Shown one piece after another: positions 27,881-36,327 of a stretch of DNA of 64,000 bases (positions within the stretch are counted from its first letter, which is position 1; every line of letters starts with the position of its first letter). The notes beneath the pieces are model-generated. The model searched no databases and had not been told where the DNA came from. It saw only the letters and a list, made by a program, of their open reading frames with translations. The DNA is from an uncultured Chloroflexia bacterium (lineage in GTDB: Bacteria; Chloroflexota; Limnocylindria; Limnocylindrales; CSP1-4), in contig CAWBQS010000003.1 in NCBI GenBank assembly GCA_963790915.1, positions 552,471-616,470 of the forward strand, given 5' to 3'. Both the position numbers and the translations under genes were made by a program.

Positions 27881-28024
27881 ATGGGTCGCATCGGCATCGA
27901 GGTCCCGGTCCCTGATGGGGAGGAGGTCGAGCCGTCCAGCCCGGACAAGCCTGTCCGGCGCAAGCGTGGTGACGTCTGGCTGCCGGCCCCGGAGCCCATG
28001 CCAGACGAGGAGGTCCTGCGATGA
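27881..28024 (+). CDS. Possible 47-aa acidic/proline-rich micro-ORF between hdrB and hdrA
   Basis: ATG 27881 to TGA 28022-28024, overlapping the hdrA ATG (ATGA). Product MGRIGIEVPVPDGEEVEPSSPDKPVRRKRGDVWLPAPEPMPDEEVLR. 39 of 47 codons end in G/C. The RBS is weak (GAGG only 2 nt from the ATG). It is below the ORF-track length cut-off. Confidence 0.35.
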   Translation: MGRIGIEVPVPDGEEVEPSSPDKPVRRKRGDVWLPAPEPMPDEEVLR

Positions 28025-30060
28025 CCGCGCTCCGCACCGGCGTCTACATCTGCCATTGCGGCACGAACATCGCCGGCACGGTCGATGTGGCGGCCGTCCG
28101 CGACTGGGCCCAGGAGGCGCTCGCCGAGAAGGGCGTCGTGGTCGCCCGCGACTACCCCTTCATGTGCTCCAGCCTCGGCCAGGAGCTCATCGAGAAGGAC
28201 ATCGCGGAGCTCGGCCTGGAGCGCATCGTGGTGGGCGCCTGCTCGCCGCACATGCACGAGAAGACCTTCCGGACCGCCAGCGCCAACGCCGGCCTGAACC
28301 CCTACCTCACGGAGCTCGTCTCCATCCGCGAGCAGGTCTCGTGGGTGCATACGGACAAGGCCAGGGCCACTGAGAAGGCCAAGGCCATCATCGCCGGCGG
28401 CGTCTACCGCGTCCAGGAGCAGGTACCCCTGGAGCCACTGGTGGCGCCGGTCAACCCGGCCACGCTCATCGTGGGTGGCGGCATCGCCGGCATCACGGCC
28501 GCCCTGGAGCTCGCTGATGCCGGCTACCCGGTCCACATCGTGGAGCGCGAGCCGTCGATCGGCGGGCACATGGCCCAGTACGACAAGACGTTCCCGACGC
28601 TCGACTGCGCGGCCTGCATCCTGACCCCCAAGATGGTGGACGCGGGCGCCCACGACAACATCACGCTGCACACCTGGAGCGAGGTGGTGGACGTCTCGGG
28701 CTCCGTGGGTGACTTCAAGATCAAGGTCAAGCACAAGCCCCGCTATGTCGTCGAGAAGGACTGCACGGGCTGCGGCATCTGCATCGAGAAGTGCCCGGTG
28801 CAGGTCGTGGACACGGGCTTCGAGGCTGGCATCGGCTACCGCAAGTCGATCTATACGCCGTTCCCCCAGTCCGTGCCCAAGTACCCCGTGCTGACGCCAG
28901 CCGACTGCACCTACTTCACCAAGGGCACCTGCAAGGCCTGCGAGAAGTTCTGCCCCACGAACGCCATCGACTTCACGCAGACCGAGCAGTTCGTCGACCT
29001 CAACGTCGGCAACATCCTCATCGCCACGGGCTTCGCCCCATTCGACGCGCGGCGCATCGAGTCCTTCGGCTATCGCCGCCTGCCGAACGTCTTCACGAGC
29101 ATGGAGTTCGAGCGCATGAGCAACGCCGCCGGGCCGACCGGCGGTCGCATCGTCCTGCGCGACGGCGTCACGAAGCCACGCGCCGTGGCCATCGTCCACT
29201 GCGTCGGCTCCCGGGACAAGAACACCAACGAGTACTGCTCGGCCATCTGCTGCATGCAGTCGCTGAAGTTCGCGCACCTGGTCAAGGAGCACACCAACGC
29301 CGACGTGTACGAGTGCTACATCGACATGCGCACGCCGGGCAAGGGTTACGACGAGTTCTACAACCGCATCCTCAACGAGGGCACGCAGTTCATCCGCGGT
29401 CGCGTCGCGGAGATCTCGGACGCCCTGCGATACCCGGAGGAGGAAGGCCACGAGGGCCGCCTCATCGTCCAGGTGGAGGACACGCTGGCAGGCGCCACGC
29501 GGCGCTTGCCGGTGGACATGGTCATCCTCTCGGTGGGCCTGGAGCCCCAGCCGGACGCCGTCGAGGTGGCGCGGATGTTCGGCATCGGCTGCAGCAGCAA
29601 GGGCTTCATCATCGAGCGTCACGCCAAGCTGGCGCCCGTGGCCACCATGACCGACGGCGTCTTCGCCGCAGGCGCCGCCCTGGGGCCGCGCGACATCCCC
29701 ACCAGCGTCTCCAATGGAGGGGCGGCCGCGGCCCAGATCCTGAGCCGCATCTCCCAGGGCCAGATCTCGCTGGAGCCCTACCGGGCCACTGTGGACGAGG
29801 CGCGCTGCTCCGGCTGCCGCATCTGCAACGACCTCTGCCCCTTCAGCGCCATCAGCTTCGACGAGGGCGCCATGGTGACGCACATCGATCCCAAGCTCTG
29901 CCAGGGCTGTGGCGTCTGCGTGGCGGCCTGCCCCGCTCGCGCCATCGCCGGCAGTGGCTTCAGCCACGAACAGATCATCGCCCAGATCGACGGCCTGCTC
30001 CTGGATGCCTTCGGGACAGCCAGTGCCACCGTCCTGGAAGCGGCGGGGGTGACAGCATGA
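28021..30060 (+). CDS. hdrA: Heterodisulfide reductase subunit A (FAD, multiple 4Fe-4S)
   Basis: VGGGIAGITAALELA dinucleotide fold. HdrA signature VHCVGSRDKNTNEYCSAICC. Ferredoxin motifs CTGCGICIEKCP, CKACEKFCP, CSGCRICNDLCP, CQGCGVCVAACP. Confidence 0.93.
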   Translation: MTALRTGVYICHCGTNIAGTVDVAAVRDWAQEALAEKGVVVARDYPFMCSSLGQELIEKDIAELGLERIVVGACSPHMHEKTFRTASANAGLNPYLTELVSIREQVSWVHTDKARATEKAKAIIAGGVYRVQEQVPLEPLVAPVNPATLIVGGGIAGITAALELADAGYPVHIVEREPSIGGHMAQYDKTFPTLDCAACILTPKMVDAGAHDNITLHTWSEVVDVSGSVGDFKIKVKHKPRYVVEKDCTGCGICIEKCPVQVVDTGFEAGIGYRKSIYTPFPQSVPKYPVLTPADCTYFTKGTCKACEKFCPTNAIDFTQTEQFVDLNVGNILIATGFAPFDARRIESFGYRRLPNVFTSMEFERMSNAAGPTGGRIVLRDGVTKPRAVAIVHCVGSRDKNTNEYCSAICCMQSLKFAHLVKEHTNADVYECYIDMRTPGKGYDEFYNRILNEGTQFIRGRVAEISDALRYPEEEGHEGRLIVQVEDTLAGATRRLPVDMVILSVGLEPQPDAVEVARMFGIGCSSKGFIIERHAKLAPVATMTDGVFAAGAALGPRDIPTSVSNGGAAAAQILSRISQGQISLEPYRATVDEARCSGCRICNDLCPFSAISFDEGAMVTHIDPKLCQGCGVCVAACPARAIAGSGFSHEQIIAQIDGLLLDAFGTASATVLEAAGVTA

Positions 30061-30602
30061 CCGCAGTGACGACCACGGCGGACCAGGTGACCAGGCCGGC
30101 GGTCGCACCGACGGCGCCGAGGGTGCCGGAGCCATCCGGGCAGCCCTTCGAGCCGCTCATCCTGGGTTTCACCTGCAACTGGTGCAGCTACCGTGCCGCC
30201 GACCTGGCCGGCACGGCCCGCACCAAGTACCCGTTCAACGTCCGGCTCGTGCGCCTCATGTGCTCGGGCCGCATGGAACCCGAGTTCATCCTGGAGGGGT
30301 TCGCGCGCGGCGCGGACGCGGTCATCATGACCGGCTGCTGGCCTGAGGACTGCCACTACCGCATCCAGAGCGTCAAGGCCCTGCGGCGCTTCCTCTTCCT
30401 GCGGCGCACCCTGGCGGACCTGGGCATCGAGCCCACCCGGCTGCAGCGCTTCTACGCCAGCGCCGCGGAGGGCCAGCGCTTCGCCGACGAGATGGCCCGC
30501 ATCGTCGCGGAGGTCCGGGCCCTCGGGCCCATCCGGCCTGAGGTCCGCGCGACGTTGGCCGTGGCCCCCCCAGCCGCTGAGCCCGCGGAGGTGCTGGCAT
30601 GA
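30057..30602 (+). CDS. mvhD: Methyl-viologen-reducing hydrogenase delta subunit (MvhD)
   Basis: ATG 30057 (ATGA overlap with the hdrA stop). FTCNWCSY, RLMCSGR, TGCWPEDCHY are the MvhD/FlpD Cys pattern. Confidence 0.88.
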   Translation: MTAVTTTADQVTRPAVAPTAPRVPEPSGQPFEPLILGFTCNWCSYRAADLAGTARTKYPFNVRLVRLMCSGRMEPEFILEGFARGADAVIMTGCWPEDCHYRIQSVKALRRFLFLRRTLADLGIEPTRLQRFYASAAEGQRFADEMARIVAEVRALGPIRPEVRATLAVAPPAAEPAEVLA

Positions 30603-31696
30603 CGACCCCGACCACACTGACGGCCGCGACCGCTGCGGCGCTGGAGGTGTCCGCTGCGGGCACCGCGCCGGCCGCTGCGGGCACCGTGGCGACCCCCACG
30701 CCCGCGCCGGCCCCCACGGAGGCGCCGGCCAGCCGGTACAAGCTGGCCATGTACTGGGCCTCGGCCTGTGGCGGCTGTGACGTGGCCGTCCTCAACCTGG
30801 GTATGAAGCTCATCGAGCTGACGGAGCGCTGGGAGCCCGTCTTCTGGCCAGCGGCCATGGACGTCAAGCGTTCGACGGTGCGAGCCATGGAAGACGGGGA
30901 GATCGACGTCTGCCTCTTCGATGGCGGCATCCGCACGGACGAGGACGCGGAGATGGCCCACCTTCTGCGGGCCAAGTCCAAGGTCCTGGTCGCCTTCGGG
31001 TCGTGCGCCGGTGAGGGCTGCATCCCCGGCCTCGCCAACCAGCGCAGCGTGGACAGCATCTATGCCGCGGCCTACGACCCCACGCTCAACGACAACGCAG
31101 ACGGACTGCGGCCGGGCGGCGCCTGGATGTCGCCCTGGGGCGAGCTGCACCTGCCCACGCTGGAGAACCGACTGCGGACCCTGGACCAGGTGGTGACCGT
31201 GGACTACCGCGTGCCCGGCTGCCCACCCGAGACCGAGCGCATCGCCGAAGTGCTCACGACGGTCACGGCGGCCCTCGACGGCAAGGTCCCCCTGCCGCCG
31301 CCCGGCGCCGTCCTGGGGGCTGGCACGTCCACCGTCTGCGACGAATGCGGACGCACCCGCGGCATCAAGCACGTCACGGAGTTCCGGCGCATCCAATCGC
31401 TGGCGGAGGTGGACGCCACGCTCTGTCTGCTCGAGCAGGGCCTGCCCTGCTGTGGCCCGGCCGCCCGCGATGGCTGCGGAGCCAAGTGCCCCAGCGCCGG
31501 GGCGCCCTGCATCGGCTGCTATGGGGCAACCGACGGCGTCCGCGACTTTGGGGCCCGACTCCTCTCGGCTTACGCCTCCGTCGTGGAGGCCAGCGAGCCA
31601 GAGGATATCGAGCGCATCCTGGCCGGCCTGCCGGACATGGTGGGCCAGTTCTACCGCTTCAGCCTGGCAGCCTCGCTGCTCCATGGGGGCCGCTGA
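30599..31696 (+). CDS. mvhG: [NiFe]-hydrogenase small subunit, MvhG-type (group 3c-like)
   Basis: ATGA overlap with the mvhD stop. ASACGGCD, GSCAGEGCIPG, VPGCPP, and a distal cluster region CDECG...CLLEQGLPCCGPAARDGCGAKCPSAGAPCIGCYG. A 45-aa Ala/Thr/Pro-rich N-terminal extension is present if ATG 30599 is used. Confidence 0.85.
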   Translation: MTTPTTLTAATAAALEVSAAGTAPAAAGTVATPTPAPAPTEAPASRYKLAMYWASACGGCDVAVLNLGMKLIELTERWEPVFWPAAMDVKRSTVRAMEDGEIDVCLFDGGIRTDEDAEMAHLLRAKSKVLVAFGSCAGEGCIPGLANQRSVDSIYAAAYDPTLNDNADGLRPGGAWMSPWGELHLPTLENRLRTLDQVVTVDYRVPGCPPETERIAEVLTTVTAALDGKVPLPPPGAVLGAGTSTVCDECGRTRGIKHVTEFRRIQSLAEVDATLCLLEQGLPCCGPAARDGCGAKCPSAGAPCIGCYGATDGVRDFGARLLSAYASVVEASEPEDIERILAGLPDMVGQFYRFSLAASLLHGGR

Positions 31697-33166
31697 TGAC
31701 ACGCCTGACCATCGATCCTGTCACGCGCCTCGAGGGCCACGGCAAGATCGAGATCCTGCTCGACGAGTCGGGCGACGTCGCCCATACCTACTTCCAGATC
31801 CCTGAGCTGCGCGGCTTCGAGTCGTTCTGCGTGGGGCGGCCCGTGGAGGACATGCCGGCGCTGACCAACCGCATCTGCGGCGTCTGCCCGGAGGCCCACC
31901 ACATGGCCTCGGCGAAGGCCGCCGACGCCGTCTACAAGGTCACGCCACCGCCAGCCGGCCGCAAGCTGCGTGAGCTGCTCTACAACGCCTTCTACGTCAC
32001 CGACCACGCCACGCACTTCTACGTCCTCTCGGGCCCGGACCTCATCATGGGCCCCGACGCGCCGGCTGCGGAGCGCAACATCCTTGGCGTCGTCAAGAAG
32101 GTCGGCGTCGAGATCGGCAAGCAGGTCATCGATGTCCGCGCCGCCGGTCACCGCGTCATCGAGATCATCGGTGGACGGCGCATCCACCCCTGCACCGGCG
32201 TTCCCGGGCGGCATGACCAAGGCCATCAGCGAAGAGGAGCGCGCCGAGATCGAGGCGCTCGGCACGCAGATGCTGGATTTCGCCGGCTTCAGCCTGCAGC
32301 TCTTCGCGAAGATGCTCGCCGAGGATGGCTCCGTCGAGGAGCTCGTGAAGGGCGACCTCTATCGCCACGAGACCTACTACTCGGGCCTCGTGGATGCCGA
32401 TGACAAGGTCACCTTCTATGACGGCCGCATCAAGGTGGTCGCCCCCGATGGCGAGGTCTACGGCACCTACGAGCCGCGGGACTACCGCGACTGGATCGCC
32501 GAGCGCGTGGAGCCCTGGACGTTCCTGAAGTTCCCGTACCTGAAAGGCGTCGGCTGGAAGGGCCTCGTGGACGGCAAGGACTCGGGCATCTACACGGTGG
32601 CTCCGCTGGGTCGTCTCAACGTCGCCTCCGGCATGGCCACACCGCGGGCCCAGGAGGCCTACGAGCAGTACTTCGCCACGCTCTCGCCGGATGGCACCCC
32701 GGTGCACTCACGCGGCGCGATGCACTGGGCTCGCCTCATCGAGCTCATGCAGGGGGCGGAGACGGTGTTGCAGCTGTCACGCGATCCGGAGATCACCTCG
32801 CCGCACGTGCGTGCCGTGCCCACCGACATCCCCACCGAGGGCGTCGGCACGGTGGAGGCACCGCGCGGCACGCTCACGCACCACTACTGGACGGACGAGC
32901 GCGGCGTGATCACGCGCGTCAACCTGATCGTGGGGACCACGAACAACTACGGGCCCATCGCCATGTCCGTGGACAAGGCGGCGCGCAGCCTCATCCACAA
33001 GGGCAGCATCGTCACCGACGGCCTGCTGGACCGCATCGAGATGGGCTTCCGGGCCTACGACCCCTGCTTCGGCTGCGCCACCCACGCGCTGCCCGGCCAG
33101 ATGCCCATGCTCGTCACCATCCGCGATGCTGACGGGAACGCGATCCGTGAGCTGCGGCGTGACTGA
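31696..33166 (+). pseudogene. mvhA: [NiFe]-hydrogenase large subunit, MvhA-type, with one frame break near 32203-32211 (pseudogene or assembly indel)
   Basis: The N-terminal frame reads DPVTRLEGHGKI and RICGVCPEAHHMAS (proximal Ni ligands) up to GGRRIHPCTGVPG. The frame of ORF 31970..33166 continues GGMTKAISEEE...VEAPRGTLTHHY...YDPCFGCATH plus a 26-aa cleavable tail. The junction is in CCCGGGCGG. Confidence 0.88.
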
Positions 33167-33196
33167 CCGCGGCACGCTGCGGGCCAAGGGCCCGTC

Positions 33197-33721
33197 GTGA
33201 GCGCGATGGTCGATGGCCGGGCGGACTACGGGGTTCGCCTGGCCGAGCCGGGGGAGGTCCTCGTGGTCGGCCTGGGAAACCCGATCCTGGGCGATGACGG
33301 GGTGGGCTGGCGCGTCATCGACGAGCTGGATGCCATGCGCCACAGCCCGGCCAGCCTGCAGCAGGCCTGCGTCGGCGGCGTGAGCCTCATGGAGATCATG
33401 GTGGGTTATCGACGCGCCATCATCGTGGACGCCGTCCGGGACACGGCGGCGCCACTCGGCAGCGTCTGGTGCCGACCGCTGGCAGCGGTCGAGACGCGGC
33501 TGGCAAGCCATCTCGATTCGACGCATGATGCGACGCTTCCGGCCGCGTTGCTGGCCGGACGGGCCATGGGCGCCGAACTGCCCAGTGAGATCGACGTCGT
33601 GGGCATCGTCATCGATCGCGGCGATGTCTTCGGCGAGCTACTGAGCGACGCCGTCGAGGCGGCCATCCCGGTCGCCGCAGCGGCAGTGGAGGAGATGCTT
33701 CGAGGGCACAGCCCTCGGTAG
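33197..33721 (+). CDS. Hydrogenase maturation endopeptidase (HycI/FrhD/HyaD family)
   Basis: VLVVGLGNPILGDDGVGWRV and IIVDAV motifs. Start is GTG 33197 or in-frame ATG 33206. Confidence 0.85.
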   Translation: MSAMVDGRADYGVRLAEPGEVLVVGLGNPILGDDGVGWRVIDELDAMRHSPASLQQACVGGVSLMEIMVGYRRAIIVDAVRDTAAPLGSVWCRPLAAVETRLASHLDSTHDATLPAALLAGRAMGAELPSEIDVVGIVIDRGDVFGELLSDAVEAAIPVAAAAVEEMLRGHSPR

Positions 33722-33737
33722 CAGAAGGGGGACACTC

Positions 33738-34010
33738 ATGCACGAAGCAGGTGTCACGGAGCGGATCCTGGAGGTCGTGATCGAGCACGCCAAGGAAGCC
33801 CAGGCGCAGCGGGTCACGGATGTCTACCTGGAGGTCGGCGAGGAATCCGGTATCGATACCGAATCCGTCGAACTCCACTGGCCGCTCCTGTCACGGGGCT
33901 CGGTGGCTGAAGGGGCCACGCTGCACTTCGATCACTCGGAGGCGCCATTCACCTTCCGGCTCACCAGCATCGAGGTGGATGAGGCCAGCCCCGTTCCCGC
34001 GGCCGGCTGA
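33738..34010 (+). CDS. hypA: HypA-like nickel metallochaperone lacking the zinc-finger domain (90 aa)
   Basis: RBS GAAGGGGGA. The N-terminal Ni motif MHE is present, and the segment RGSVAEGATLHFDHSEA resembles HypA. The two CxxC pairs are absent, and the sequence jumps to the C-terminal beta strand FTFRLTSIEVDE. Confidence 0.7.
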   Translation: MHEAGVTERILEVVIEHAKEAQAQRVTDVYLEVGEESGIDTESVELHWPLLSRGSVAEGATLHFDHSEAPFTFRLTSIEVDEASPVPAAG

Positions 34011-34025
34011 GGACCCCTCAGCCGG
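34003..34025. terminator. GC-rich hairpin between convergent hypA-like and protease genes
   Basis: CCGGCTGAGG-acc-CCTCAGCCGG, a perfect 10-bp stem spanning the hypA stop codon. No T-tract, which is usual for high-GC genomes. Confidence 0.4.
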
Positions 34026-34042
34026 AGACCCCGCCCGGCCGC

Positions 34043-36247
34043 TCAGCCAGACGGCGCCGCGCCCTGGGCATTCGGTGCCAGGCGGTCGGCCTGGTCGGTG
34101 ACTGAAGCGTCGGTCGGCGCGGCCGACGGCCCCGGCGTGACCTCGCGCTCCTGGCGCGGGGTCGGCTGTGGCGTGGCTTCGGCCGTCGATGAAGGTGGGG
34201 AGCCGCCATCCGGCGCCGGCGTCGGTTCGGCCGTCGGCCCGGGGATGGCGTCGGGATCGGGCCCTGGTGTCGCGCCGGGCATCCGGCGTCCCTGCGTCGC
34301 GTCGGCTCCGGGTCCCTGCGTCGCGCCGGGATCCGGCCCCAGGCTGGCGTCAGCGGCGGCGCTGGGTTCCGGCGTGCGGCCCGACGAAGTCGACGACCCG
34401 GCTGCACTGCCTGGGACCGCCACGGGCACGAAGCGGAGGGCGTCGTAGGCGAGGCGCCTGCGGCCGGAGCCGCTCTCGCCGGTGGCATCGGCCAGCCGGA
34501 CCACGGATGCCGCGGTGAGGTCGAAGGTGCCCAGGCTCATCCACGTGCCGCGATGCTTCCACTGGTCGCGCGTGCGCACGAGCCAGCCACCGCTGGTCAG
34601 GATCTCATAGCGCGACTTCCGGGAGAGCTGACTGTTGCGGGGGATGCGCGCCAGGACCTGGTACGTTCCCGCCGCGGGCAGGCCAGGGCGCCACGTGCCC
34701 GTGGCCGAGCTGGCCCCGCCGCGGGTCCAGCGCCAGAGATGGTGGCCGCGGGCGCCGTACCAGGCATCATGCCAGCCCGTACCGGTGCGCCTGAACGTCG
34801 GTCGTTGCTCATCCACGGTGATGCTGGTCGAGGGGATGGCCGGGATCGCCCTGCACTCGCTGGCCATCGTGCCGATATCGAGGCGGCCACCCGTGGCGCT
34901 GGCCCCACCCAGGGAGCCCGTCGCTGCCACCGATCCGAGGAGGAGCGTGCGCAGGCGCCGGGCTGAACGCTGGGGATCGATGCTGGCGCAGAGGGCCAGC
35001 GCACCGGACACGTGGGGAGTGGCCATGCTGGTGCCCGACATCGAGCCGTATGACCCGTCGGGGATGGTGCTGATGATGCCGGTGCCCGGTGCCCCGAGGT
35101 CCACGCTCACAGCACCGCGGTTGGAGTCCGCACGGAGCGTGCCGTCGGGGCGCAGGCTGGCCACGCTGACCACGCAATCCCAGCCGCGCGCCGCGCCGGC
35201 CGCCGTGCTGGTGCAGCGGAAGCTGGCCGGGTAGCCGGGCTCCGCGTCGAGGTCCATGCCATCGTTGCCGGCGGCGGCGACGAAGAGGATGTCGGCATCG
35301 CCAGCCCGTTCGATGGCGTCGAGGAGCGCCTGACTTTCGCCGGCGCCGTGCCAGCTGTCGTTGGTGGCGACGATGTCCAGGCCCTGCTCCAGCTTGAGGT
35401 CCGTGATGTAGTCGATGGCTGCCACGGCATCGCTGACGTAGCCACCGTCGGGACCCAGGAACTTGGCCGGGATGATGCTGACCCGCCAGTCCACACCGAC
35501 CACCCCGACACCGTTGCCACCCCGGGCGCCCAACGTGCCGGCCACGTGCGTACCGTGGACGTCACCGTCGGCCGGGTCGAAGACCGAGGCATCGTCATGG
35601 AAGAAGTCCCAGCCATGGACATCGTCCACGTAGCCGTTACGGTCGTCATCGATCTGATTGCCCGCGATCTCGCCGGCGTTGGTCCAGATGTTATCCGCGA
35701 GGTCCGGGTGGCTGATCTGGATGCCCTCGTCGATGACGCCGACGTAGACGTTCGGGCTGCCGATGTCGCCATCGACCCAGGCCTCCGCCGCGCCCGAGCC
35801 GTACGGGTTGGCAGGGGTAGTGGCGTCACCGAGCATGCCCCAGAGGCTGCCGCTGGTGTAGTACGGATCGTCCGGGGTCGCCGCTGCGAAGACCCGATAG
35901 TCGGGCTCCACGTAGGCCACGCCGGGCAGCCCGCTGAGCTCGTCGATGGCCCTCGCAACGGACTGGCCAGGGTCCAGCTCCACGACGACCGTGTCTCTCG
36001 CCAGCGGCGATGCCGCCTGCATGCCGCTGGCGTCCAGCGAGGCCACGGTGACGCCTCGAGTGCGAGCCGAGGCACCGGGTTCGAGACCCACGATGACGCG
36101 GCCTCGGGCATGTGCGGCAGCGAGGTCCACGTCCTGGTCGGCGGCCCGGACGGCGGGGGGAAGCAAGCCCGTCAGGAGGCAGCCGACCGCGAGGAGCGCA
36201 AGAGGCGGTGCAGCCGGTCGCGGCCGCGCCAAGGATCGGGGGAGCAC
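34043..36247 (-). CDS. Secreted subtilisin-like serine protease (peptidase S8) with C-terminal accessory domain and Pro/Thr/Gly-rich tail
   Basis: GTG 36247 followed by leader LPRSLARPRPAAPPLALLAVGCLLTGLLPPAVRA. Catalytic triad contexts VGVIDEGI (Asp), HGTHVAGT (His), SGTSMATPHVSG (Ser). The roughly 130-aa domain ...WRPGLPAAGTYQVLARIP...WMSLGTFDL...YDALRFVPV resembles golvesin-C-terminal-like domains. Confidence 0.88.
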   Translation of the reverse strand: MLPRSLARPRPAAPPLALLAVGCLLTGLLPPAVRAADQDVDLAAAHARGRVIVGLEPGASARTRGVTVASLDASGMQAASPLARDTVVVELDPGQSVARAIDELSGLPGVAYVEPDYRVFAAATPDDPYYTSGSLWGMLGDATTPANPYGSGAAEAWVDGDIGSPNVYVGVIDEGIQISHPDLADNIWTNAGEIAGNQIDDDRNGYVDDVHGWDFFHDDASVFDPADGDVHGTHVAGTLGARGGNGVGVVGVDWRVSIIPAKFLGPDGGYVSDAVAAIDYITDLKLEQGLDIVATNDSWHGAGESQALLDAIERAGDADILFVAAAGNDGMDLDAEPGYPASFRCTSTAAGAARGWDCVVSVASLRPDGTLRADSNRGAVSVDLGAPGTGIISTIPDGSYGSMSGTSMATPHVSGALALCASIDPQRSARRLRTLLLGSVAATGSLGGASATGGRLDIGTMASECRAIPAIPSTSITVDEQRPTFRRTGTGWHDAWYGARGHHLWRWTRGGASSATGTWRPGLPAAGTYQVLARIPRNSQLSRKSRYEILTSGGWLVRTRDQWKHRGTWMSLGTFDLTAASVVRLADATGESGSGRRRLAYDALRFVPVAVPGSAAGSSTSSGRTPEPSAAADASLGPDPGATQGPGADATQGRRMPGATPGPDPDAIPGPTAEPTPAPDGGSPPSSTAEATPQPTPRQEREVTPGPSAAPTDASVTDQADRLAPNAQGAAPSG

Positions 36248-36327
36248 GCAGCCAAGGGTAACGGCTTCAGCGGGAACAGCCCCGCCAGGGTCCAGGCCAT
36301 CATCCGGCGGCCGCCACCCGGTCCAGC

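Noticed and set aside
26977-30135. 1052-aa minus-strand ORF antisense to hdrB/hdrA. Similar long antisense or out-of-frame ORFs: 1678..3813 (-), 13138..15060 (+), 21969..23495 (+), 52334..54271 (+), 53902..55485 (+), 5060..6601 (+).
   Set aside because: These are typical high-GC shadow ORFs. Their products are Arg/Ala/Gly/Pro-rich low-complexity sequence with no motifs. The opposite or alternate frame in each case encodes a strongly recognisable protein with saturated GC3.
30599-30740. N-terminal extension of MvhG as a Tat signal peptide, which would imply a periplasmic hydrogenase.
   Set aside because: There is no twin-arginine motif and no hydrophobic h-region. Linkage to hdrABC/mvhD and a group-3-type large subunit indicates a cytoplasmic enzyme.
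28021-33166. Looked for in-frame TGA (selenocysteine) in hdrA, mvhD, mvhG and mvhA, as occurs in some methanogen homologues.
   Set aside because: All conserved Cys positions are encoded by TGC/TGT, and I found no in-frame TGA or SECIS-like context. The only interruption is the frame break at 32203-32211.
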